NCBI RefSeq assembly: GCF_022045235.1
Contig: NW_027266297.1
Coordinates: forward strand, 30,752,001-30,816,000
DNA length: 64,000 bases
Source: Haliotis cracherodii
Lineage: Eukaryota
Reading direction: 5' to 3'
Both the position numbers and the translations under genes were made by a program. The notes under the pieces are model-generated. The model worked only from the letters and a program-made list of their open reading frames with translations, ran no database searches and was not told the origin of the DNA. Positions 11,611 to 22,000 of this stretch are shown piece by piece. Every line of letters begins with the position of its first letter. Position 1 is the first letter of the stretch.

Positions 11611-12949
11611 ACACCGCACAAGAACAGTGCATTTACCGAACTCCGTTGAAACTAATAAACATGATATTTTAATTTTGCATTACGTCTGTTGCATGTGTAC
11701 AAGTGCAGAGATTCAGAAAGTCAGCTTTTCTTCATCGTCCAGTTGACGATACAACAAAAAGTTCTGTGTCATGCGTGATGAAGAATATTATGAGTGAGTG
11801 AATGAGTATGGTTTTACGCCGCTCTCAGCAATTTTCTAGCAATATCACGGCGGTGGACACCAGAAATGAGCTTCACACATTGTAGACATGTAGGGAATCA
11901 AACGGGGGTCTTCGGCATGACGAGCGAACGATTTAACCACTAGGCTACCCGACTGCCCCAGAATACTTTGAGGTATTACATGTTCTGTTTAGTTTATGGA
12001 TCCGCCGACTTTAAAAATCTAAAATTCTGAAACAAATATCCATGTAATCAGTATGATAAAGGTTTCTACCGACGTAGGTTCAAATCGCTTTGCCATTAAT
12101 GACAATTAAATGCGGCTGTCGTATCTGTAAGGTCCCAAACCAGGCCAAGATTATTATTTTTGTACCTACCGATCCAAATCACACTTTAACATGAATTTTA
12201 AAAGAAAATCCAATACTATGCATTTTATTTGTTTATTATGTGCCGACCTACCGACCAAGTATTTCACAATCAACATCCGTAAAAAAGGAGTCTGACCTAC
12301 CAATAAAGTAGTGTCGTTCTCGAGGTCAGTGCACCGAACCATGTATTGTACCAAAGTTCAAAGATGCCTGATATACCATTGATATGGAACTCCCTTCCCT
12401 TCAGCCTTAAAAGTGCACCTGGCATCACTGTGTTTAAGTCTGGACTTCAAAAATACCGTTGTGAACGCTACAACTGAATGTGTATAATATTACTATCTTA
12501 CTGTCCCCACTCTGTTGTATATATGTACATATGCTGACTTTGCACAGTGAGCATGTCCCTCAGTGGTTTGCGTTATACAAATAGCCTTGTCATTATTATA
12601 TGAACCTCGTAATGCCAACGTCCTTGACTGTTCAAATTGTTTACGTTTGTTTTTGTCTTCAAATCAAGATGTATCCATAATATCTGTTAAACACAGAATA
12701 ATGTGCCTTCAAAAATGGCCGTCACGTTATAACAATATTCGAAGTTTATGCGGCGGATTCTGAGGTTACACGGTTTCAGCGACTTCATGCAACATCACTA
12801 CTCCATTGCTGCACGTTGTATTAAATAGTTAGCGAAATAAGCCTAGTGTTCATGAGTGAAGACTGGCGTAGTGCTGTGGTCGCTTTGAGGAACTTGAACT
12901 TGCTTTTATTGTAGAACTGGTCCTGAGATTGTGATAGTGAGTATAACTT

Positions 12950-13360
12950 TCCAACAGTCAACTTTCCCTTCATGTCGAGCAATATTTCGGCAGCTGCAGC
13001 CTTTGGTGTTTACATTTCGCAACTTTTGAGATACAATCGAACATGCTATTTCTACCAACATTTCGAAGAGCGTCCTACACCTCTTGCTCAGAAGTTGTTT
13101 GATCAAGGTTACAACATTCAAGGCCTCAGGAAAGCTTTCATAAAATTTTATGGTAGACATGTGGAGGACATTTCCAAATTTGACGCATCTGTGACAAAAA
13201 TGATGCCTGATGCAAGTCCCAATTTTGACTTGTACGGTATGTTCCCATGTTTTTGGTGAACAACTGACTTGCCTCTGCATGTGTTAGTGACAGGTTCCTC
13301 GATGGGCAGGGTACGCTCACCTTTTCGCGAACACCTGGAATCATCACTATTCACATGCGC
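12950..13360 (+). mobile_element. Naiad-like Penelope 3' fragment
   Basis: ORF 12972-13259 (GVYISQLLRYNRTC...KFYGRH); copies at 20150-20560 and 26695-27110. Confidence 0.7.
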
Positions 13361-13560
13361 ATGATATAGTCGGAATTGTACAATCGACTCTGCTCTAAGA
13401 AGAGATTTCTATTGGACATGGAAAGGGTTATATATAATCATGTCATTGGGACATGGTCCGCGTCAAAAATATTTTTCTCTTTCACACCTAAGCCGATCTT
13501 GTGTTGAAATACCACCAGTCTCATGCTATCGAAGCAGCATGCAAACTGCTTCTCATTCAT

Positions 13561-13803
13561 GGTTTTGGTTTGTTGTTTAACGCCGCACTCAGCAATATTC
13601 CAGCTATATGACGGCGGTCTGTAAATAATCGAGTCTGGACCGGACAATCCAGTGATTGATATCATGAGCATCGATCCACGCAATTGGGACCGATGACATG
13701 TATCAAGCAAGTCAGCGAGCCTGACCACCCGATCCCGTTAGTCGCCTTTTACGACAAGCATGGGTTGCTGAAGACCTATTCTACCCCGGAATCTTCACGG
13801 GTT
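13561..13803 (-). mobile_element. SINE-like family S2, unit-specific insertion
   Basis: Flanked by direct repeat ttctcattcat; absent from the paralogous units (e.g. 5500-5520). Confidence 0.85.
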
Positions 13804-15239
13804 TTCTCATTCATGAAGTGACGGCCGCTGACATAACTTTTCAATTATACATATCGTGAGAATAAGGTTTCGTGTTTTGCCTACGAAGATTTCATACAGC
13901 ACATACAACTCTTGCTCAGAAGTTCTTTGATCAGGGTTACAACCTTCAAGTCCTCAGTAAAGCCTTCAAAAGGTTTTATGGTAGACATGTGAAGGACATG
14001 TACCATATGTTCACGGTTGTTTTTTCAGGTGCACATTTGACTTGCCTTTACATGTGTTTATTGGCTGTTGTCACCGGTGGAGCAGGACATGAAATGGCGA
14101 ACACTTTACCACTAGGTTTCTTCAACGCTATTTTCGTAATAATAGTTATTTTCCTAAAGATAAGAATGAATAAAAGACTCATGGGCTTGGTGCTATTGAT
14201 ATCCCCGTTTCTCTCATATTAAGGGTACACTGTCCATGGATACAATATGTAAGGGACACATTCATGAACCTTAAGACACGAATCACATTAGTGAGTGAGT
14301 GAGTGAGTGTGGTTTTATCGCCGCTTTTAGCAATATTCCACCAATATCAAGGCGGGGAAAGCAGAAATGGGCTTCACGTATTGTACCCATGTCGGGAATC
14401 GAACCCGGGTCTTCGGCGTGACGAACGTACGCTTTAACCTCTCCGACCGCCCCGCGAATCACTGTTAAGTCGCGGTGATGACACAACGTTTTATGGAAAC
14501 GGGAGTGTATTTCCTGACATGAGCAAATGTTTAAAGAAAAAAGGGATACCAATTACTGCTAATGATAAATTGTCACAATAATTACAGAGGGTGTGGTACT
14601 TAGATATTAGATTATTTTGCCGTTATTTTTTTTTTTGAAATGCCCAGTAGTCAAATATATTATAAATATTGAAAAAGGGAAAGAAACTGCAATTTCAAAA
14701 TATGTATTTCTGTTGCAACAAATATGCAGAGCAGCGGATACATTGAGAAGAGGTGTCTAGATCAAAACCTTATCTGAAGCTGTAGTACTATGAGTGGTTA
14801 CGCTGGAACCATCGAATAGCTATAGCCATCCTCGATTATCAGAGTTTGTTTTTGTTTGTTTTTTGTTGTTTAACTCAGCACTCAGCAATATTCCCGCCAT
14901 ATGGCGGCTGTCTGTAAATAATCGAGTCTGGACCAGACAATCCAGTGATTGACATCATGAGCATCGATCCACGCAATTCGGACAGATGACATGCATCAAC
15001 CAAGTCAGCGAGCCTGACCACCCGATCCTGTTAGTCGCCTCTTACGACAAGCGTAGTCGCCTTTTACGGCAAGCGTGGGTTGCTGAAGACCTATTCTGCT
15101 ATATGGATGAACAACTTCAACAAAGTCTACTCAAAGATGAAAGTAGTTGCATACAACATATTAATAACTGAAAATCAGTAATAATAATAGGGATATGGCA
15201 AATATTGTTTCACAGATTGATCCAACTTCTAACTTGAAC

Positions 15240-15525
15240 GGGGGCACGGGTGGCCCAGTCGTGAAAGGCGCTGCGATTCGCTGTGCAGAGTTGCGTCCCT
15301 TAGGCACGCCAGAAACCTATGATTGTGGGTTCGAATCCCGGTTCGCCCCTATTATGTTTCTAGATTTGTCAGCACCATACCTGTGCTCGTGGGTTTCACC
15401 GAAGTGGTAAACGTCTGAGACCTGCATCACTTCGGGCTTTCCTCCAACATTGAGCTGACACGCCGTGATATGACTGGAATACTGTTAAAAGCGGCCTTAA
15501 ACCAGACTCACGTACTCACTCACTC
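15240..15525 (+). mobile_element. SINE family S3
   Basis: Full head and tail; copy at 22210-22492. Confidence 0.8.
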
Positions 15526-15877
15526 TAACTTGAACACAACAAACCATTTATGAGGTCAAACCAGGTAGCTTAAAGCCGTTTAAATGCATAATAGATCAAA
15601 GGACATAACCATTTCGCAATAATTTGTTTTGATGTATAATGTTTATAATCATTATTTATATGTAGTAGTTTATTTTTTAGTTACTTTTTATTACAATTGA
15701 TAACATACATAAGAACAGTTACGGCTTATTAATTAATATCCAAGCGTCTAGGGTAAATATTGCATTGCCAGTAAAAGTATTTAACAATAGAGATTCTGAT
15801 ATTCCTGATCATGACTAGCTAATTAACAGGATCAAAGGACCGATGTGTGTGCCCCACATGTGTGTGTGAGACTAAGA

Positions 15878-16330
15878 GAGTGAGTGAGTGTGGTTTTACG
15901 CCGCTTTTAGCAATATTCCAGCAATATCACGGCGGGGGACACCAGAAATGGGCTTCACACATTGTCCCATGTCGGGAATCGAACCCGGGTCTTTGGCGTG
16001 ACGAGAGAACGCTTTACCCAGTAGGCTATCCGACCGCCCCTATTTGTGACTTAGTAACTTACTCCATAAGCAGGTAAACATAGAAACCTGGGATTCGCGG
16101 AGCCTGTCCAAGTACAATGGGAATGTGCTCCATGCCTAGGTGTCTACTTCCTGTAAGTATCATGCGTTGTGATAAGTATCTCATTTGAAACGGGGCGGAG
16201 GTGAAGCTTTGTGGTTAAAGCGGTCGTTGGACAAGCCGAAGACACTGGTTCGAATCTCCAAATGGGTAAAATGTCTGAAGACCATTTCTTGTTTCCACCG
16301 CCGTGATATTGCTGAAATATTGCTAAAAGC
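15878..16330. mobile_element. Divergent pair of S1 SINEs (15878-16040 minus, 16192-16330 plus)
   Basis: S1 consensus; the same pair occurs at 22827-23280 and 28577-29060. Confidence 0.75.
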
Positions 16331-17146
16331 AATAAAACTAAAACTGAAATTGAAACTGAGAAATTGGCCCAGTTTAATCACTAAATTTTCTTTTGATATA
16401 CGTAACAGAACTTGTCCAGACAAACGAAATGATATTTGAAAGGCTTGAATTATGCTCGGAATGTAAATTTGCAAGAGCCAAACCCCCTTTTGAGAGATTC
16501 AATTCTGAATCTGATTCATTATTTAATATAAAAAATAATTATAGAAATATGTCATTATATTTATCTAACTCGACAAGAACAATACCAGGCACACACAGAT
16601 ACTGTCAATGTTATGTACCTTGTCCAGTCCGAGGAGGTTTTTTTGTATATAAAATATGTAATGAATATTAATACATTTGAGGAAACCCAGACAAATAAAC
16701 ATAAGCTCATATTCATATTCAAACATTAGTGTTTAGAAACTACCGATTAAATATTCGTTTAGATTTTATTTTGTAAGACGCATTTGAGTCATCCTTAAAG
16801 AAACTATATGAGATAATATGTCAAATAAGATTAGAGTTGGGTATTCTGGACTTATACGAACATGGAGTATATAGCACAATGGCAATTCAATTCATTAGCC
16901 TGTCCACAACTACAGGAAAACTTTGTTGTCAACTGGCCTAGTTAATCAAGAGAAGACTGTTATTTAATATGAATTTCGTGCAAGTTTAAAATGATCGTTG
17001 CGACATGTTTATACCGACATGCAACAAGAAATATGTGATAACCAAGACATGAAGACATGGTCACTTGACAACTTACATCATGCACATCATGTAGAAGGGT
17101 AATGTATTGCTGACAGGAGACCACGACCCACTGCCACACCAGGGAA

Positions 17147-17217
17147 TATAAAAGGCCCAGTGCTGGACATTCAACACATCATCCCTGGCTTCAGCTCTGG
17201 TTCAGAAGCAGCACAAG
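17147..17217 (+). promoter_or_regulatory. TATA box and exon 1 of A3
   Basis: TATAAAA 17147-17153; donor aag|gtaagg after 17217. Confidence 0.7.
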
Positions 17218-17245
17218 GTAAGGAAACGTCAACTATTTGTGTCAT

Positions 17246-17407
17246 AGTGAGTGAGTGAGTGAGTTTGGTTTTACGCCAATATTCCAGCAATATCACGGCG
17301 GGGGACACCAGAAATGGGCTTCACACATTGTACCCATGTCGGGATTCGAACCAGGGTCTTCGGCGTGACGAGCGAACGCTTTAACCAGTAGGCTACCCGA
17401 CCGCCCC
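17246..17407 (-). mobile_element. S1 SINE in intron 1 of A3 (shared with A4 at 24196-24368, absent in A2)
   Basis: Direct repeat ttgtrtcata on both sides. Confidence 0.85.
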
Positions 17408-17708
17408 TTGTATCATATAAAGCTTCAGAATAAAGTAATCCTAACCAAATATAATACGTCTTTAAATGTTTGAACTACTATCTCCAGAGGAAATAATAGT
17501 AAAAATTGTATATATAGTGAGTTAATTTGTTTTACGCCAATGTGAACAGTATTTTAGTTATCGCGTCCGCTTAGTGTAGGAAAATAGCCCTTCACGGTTA
17601 CCTGCCTTTGTAACGGTGATGGTAGTGAAGTACACATTTCAAGTCATTATTGTTATGTTTATAACTTTCTATTCAAATCAATTTTTTTTTCTCCAGGAAA
17701 GACGAATA

Positions 17709-17815
17709 ATGAAAGCAGTAGTTTGTGTCATTTTCACCTTTGTGGCAGTCACCATTCATGGTAAGTAGTTTAGTGAGTGAGTGAGTTAATATTTAACGTC
17801 ACATCGGCAGTACTT

Positions 17816-17881
<66 letters not shown>

Positions 17882-18617
17882 CAGCAGCAGCAGTAGTAGT
17901 AGCATAATTATTATTTTTGTTGTTATTATGTAGAGATTAAAATAATAAAATGCAGCAAAGAGGGTTTGGGTGATTCTGGCACAGTCAGGCTGGTTAGGGT
18001 CATCATCAGCTCAGGGTCCTTGCCCCCTCAGCGAATTATAATAAAATTATTATTATAATTACTCTGTAGACGAAGATTTTATCAATTATATGCATGTCCA
18101 AGCATGTTTCAAACTTATTTTTACAGTATTCAATGTTTTCTTTTGAAGTATTCTAAATAAAATATGATTGGAAATATGTTCTTTTTCAGCTCAGAATAGT
18201 GTCGCCCCCGGAATGACAGCATCTAGCGTTCCCCTCGGCAACAACGTCAACGGCATACCACTCGCACCTGCACAACATACGAGCCTGATGCCAGGCGCTC
18301 TCTTGTCCCATGCCAGTAATGTCTTCAATAACAACCACCTGACGGCTGCCACCAACAATCAACACGCCAACAACGCTGCTCAGTCCCCCATGAACTATCT
18401 CCCTTTTATGATGGGGGGTGACAACGGGCGCAGGATGGCCATGTACAGCATGATGATGAACCCAAGGCAGTCCAACAATATGATGCTCCCTTTCGCCATG
18501 ATGAACGGCGCCGACAACATGTGGCCCATGATGGCTCTCATGAACAATCGCAACCAGAGAGGTGGACGAGGCTTCGACCCTATGACCATGATGTTTCTTG
18601 GAAGCGAGATGATGTAA
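17709..18617 (+). CDS. Met-rich secreted protein, subfamily A copy A3 (159 aa)
   Basis: Exons 17709-17760 (MKAVVCVIFTFVAVTIH, donor gtaagt) + 18190-18617; canonical splice sites, in frame. Confidence 0.9.
17816..17902. repeat. (GTA)n/(GCA)n microsatellite in intron 2 of A3
   Basis: Visible run. Confidence 0.95.
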
Positions 18618-19305
18618 ACACGACTCTCTTATATTGTTTATCCATTTCATGTCACCTATTTATTGATATATGACCTAACTACCCAACTATGACCGACCAT
18701 GAATTTAGCGTCACCTTTTTATTGATTTATGAACGACAACTGGCAATGTTTTCGTTCGATAAATGATGTGATAAACATGCTTTCGAATAATGAAAACATA
18801 TTGTACCACTTTATTAATATAATGAAATATAAAATGTCAATGCACTAGAATAACTAGTCTTGATTATTCGTCGAAACAGATTCTGTTGGACGTAAAACAC
18901 AAAATGGTGGTGAAAATTCTATGAATGGATCACTGAAACTCACTGATGAGGTTTTGCGAAAAGGGTAAGCATGTCTTGTCCTACCGGCAGGAACCGCCAC
19001 TCACACAATTTAAATAAATAATTGTTTATTTTCTGACACCGCACAACACCGCACAACAGTTCCCTTGCCATGTGACGGCGGCCTGTAAACAAACCAGACA
19101 ATCAAGTGATCGATGAACCAGAAGATCTAGCGACATGATAGTGCATTTACCGAACTCCGTTGAAACTAATAAACACGATATTTTAATTTTGTATTACGTC
19201 TGTTGCATGTGTACAAGTGCAGAGATTCAGAAAGTCAGCTTTTCTTCATCGTCCAGTTGACGGCACAACAAAAAGTTCTGTGTCATGCGTGATGTAGAAT
19301 ATTAT

Positions 19306-19645
19306 GAGTGAGTGAGTGAGTATGGTTTTACGCCGCTTTTAGCAATATTCCAGCAATATCACGGCGGGGGACACCAGAAATGGGCTTCACACATTGTACC
19401 CATGTCGGGAATCGAACCCGGGTCTTCGGCGTGACGAGCGATCGCTTTAACCACTAGGCTACCCGACTGCCCCTGTAGAATATTATGAGTGAGTGAGTGA
19501 GTATGGTTTTACGCCGCTCTCAGCAATATTCCAGCAATATAACGGCAGGGGACACCAGAAATGGGCTTCACACATTGTCCCATGACGGGAATCGAACGTG
19601 GGTCTTCGGCGTGACCGCTTTAACCACTAGGCTACCCGACCTCCC
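19306..19645 (-). mobile_element. Two S1 SINEs, the first inserted at the tail of the second
   Basis: Duplication tgtagaatattat flanks 19306-19473. Confidence 0.8.
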
Positions 19646-21727
19646 CATTTTGAGGTATTAAATGTTCTGTTTAGTTTATGGATCCGCCGACTTTAAAAAT
19701 CGAAAATTCTGCAACGAATATACATGTTATCAATATGATAAAGGTTAAAATCGTTTTGCCATTAATGACATTTAAATGCGGCTGTCATATTTTAGATTTA
19801 TACTGTCTGTAGGGTCCCAAACCAGGCCAAGATTTTGTTTTTGTACCTACCGATCCAAATCAAACTTTAACATGAATTTTAAAAGAAAATCCAATACTAT
19901 GCATTTTATTTGTTCATTTTTTTCCGACCTACCGACCAAGTATTTCACAATCAACATCCGTAAAAAAGGAGTCTGACCTACCAATAAAGTAGTGTCGTTC
20001 TCGAGGTCAGTGCACCGAACATGTATTGTACCAAAGTTCAAAGATGCCTGGTATATTATTGACTGACGTAGTGCTGTGGTCGCTTTGAGGAACTTGAACT
20101 TGCTTTTATTTTAGAACTAGTCCTGAGATTGTGATAGTGAGTATAACTTTCCAACAGTCAACTTTCCCTTCATGTCGAGCAATGTTCCGGCAGCTCCAGC
20201 CTTTGGTGTTTACATTTCGCAATTTTTTAGATACAATCGAACATGCTATTTCTACCTACATTTCGAAGAGCGTCCTACACCTCTTGCTCAGAAGTTGTTT
20301 GATCAAGGTTACAACATTCAAGGCCTCAGGAAAGCTTTCATAAAGTTTTATGGTAGACATGTGGAGGACATTTCCAAATTTGACGCACCAGTGACAAAAA
20401 TGATGCCTGATGCAATTCCAAATTTTGACTTGTACGGTATGTTCCCATGTTTTTGGTGAACAACTGACTTGCCTCTGCATGTGTTTGTGACAGGTGCTTC
20501 GGTGGGGCAGGGTACGCTCACCTTTTCGCGAACACCTGGAATCATCACTATTCACATGCGCATGATATAGTCGGAATTGTACAATCGACTCCGCTTTAAG
20601 AAGAGATTTCTTTTCGACATGGAAAGGGTTTTCTCGCTTTATTTATATGTAATAATGTCATTGGGACAAGGTCTGCGTCAAAAATATTTTACTCTTTTAC
20701 ACCTAAGCCAATCTGCTTCTCATTCATGAAGTGACAGCCGCTGACATAACTTTTCTAAGCATATCGTGAGAATAAGGTTTCGTGTTTTGCCTACGAAGAT
20801 TTCATACAGCACATACAACTCTTGCTTAGAAATTCTTTGATCAGGGTTACAACCTTCAAGTCCTCAGTAAAGCCTTCAAAAGGTTTTATGGTAGACATGT
20901 GAAGGACATGTACCATATGTTCACGGTTGTTTTTTCAGGTGCACATTTGGCTTGCCTCTGCTTTGGTTTGTGGCTGTTGTCACCGGTGGAGCAGGACATG
21001 AAATGGCGAACACTTTACCACTAGGTTTCCTCAACGCTATATTCGTAGTAAAAGTTATTTTCCTAAAGATAGGAGTGGATAAAAGACTCATGGCCTTTGC
21101 TTGGTGCCGTTTCTCTCATAATAAGGATACACTGTCAATGGATACAATATGTAATGGACACATTCATGAACCTTAAGACACGAATCACATTAGTGAGTGA
21201 GTGAGTGTGGTTTTATCGCCGCTTTTAGCAATATTCCACCAATATCAAGGCGGGGAAAGCAGAAATGGGCTTCACGTATTGTACCAATGTCGGGAATCGA
21301 ACTCGGGTCTTCGGCGTGACGAGCGTACGCTTTTACCTCTCGGCTACCCGACCGCACCCCGAATCACTGTTAAGTCACACAACGTTTTATGGAAACGGGA
21401 GAGTATTTCCTGACATGAGCAAATGTTTAAAGAAAAAAGGGATACCAATTACTGCTAATGATAAATTGTCACAATAATTACAGAGGGTGTGGTACTTAGA
21501 TATTAGATTATTTTGCCGTTATTTTTTTTTAAATGCCAAATATATTATAAATATTGAAAAAGGGAAAGAAACTGCAATTTCAAAATATGTATTTCTGTTG
21601 CAACAAATATGCAGAGCAGTGGATACATTGAGAAGAGGTGTCTAGATCAAAACCTTATCTGAAGCTGTAGTACTATGAGTGGTTACGCTGGAACCATCGA
21701 ATAGCTATAGCCATCCTCGATTATCAG

Positions 21728-22000
21728 AGTTTGTTTTTGTTTGTTTTTTGTTGTTTACCGACGCACTCAGCAATATTCCCGCCATATGGCGGCGGTCTGT
21801 AAATAATCGAGTCTGGATCAGACCATCCACTGATTGACACCATGAGCATCGATCGACGCAATTCGGACAGATGACATGCATCAACCAAGTCAGCAAGTCT
21901 GACCACCCGATCCTGTTAGTCGCCTCTTACGACAAGCATAGTCGCCTTTTACGGCAAGCGTGGGTTGCTGAAGACCTATTTACCCCGAGTCTTCACGGGT
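21728..22000 (-). mobile_element. SINE-like family S2
   Basis: Inverted paralog of 4213-4483, with cgattatcaga duplication. Confidence 0.8.

Larger units (their letters stand above)
11311..17217. repeat. Inverted copy of ~2030-7813 (right arm of a large inverted repeat; first ~7 kb tandem unit)
   Basis: The same spurious ORFs recur on the opposite strand (e.g. 6269-6469 vs 12563-12763; 6668-6856 vs 12166-12354) and the TE order is reversed. Confidence 0.9.

Noticed and set aside
18168-18189. MEICSFS N-terminus given by the ORF track (also 8235, 25112; MLPAQ and MKHHLL in B)
   Set aside because: These residues are the polypyrimidine tract and acceptor of the intron; the true start is in the upstream signal-peptide exon.
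18186-18650. His-rich antisense ORFs and MVIGSKP ORFs opposite the Met exons
   Set aside because: Shadow frames: ATG runs read as CAT (His) on the other strand; no independent gene signals.
18944-18962. ctgatgag...cgaaa hammerhead-like core downstream of A3/A4
   Set aside because: No helix II or III support, and the segment aligns with the antisense of the decayed Penelope 3' motif, so it is likely coincidental.
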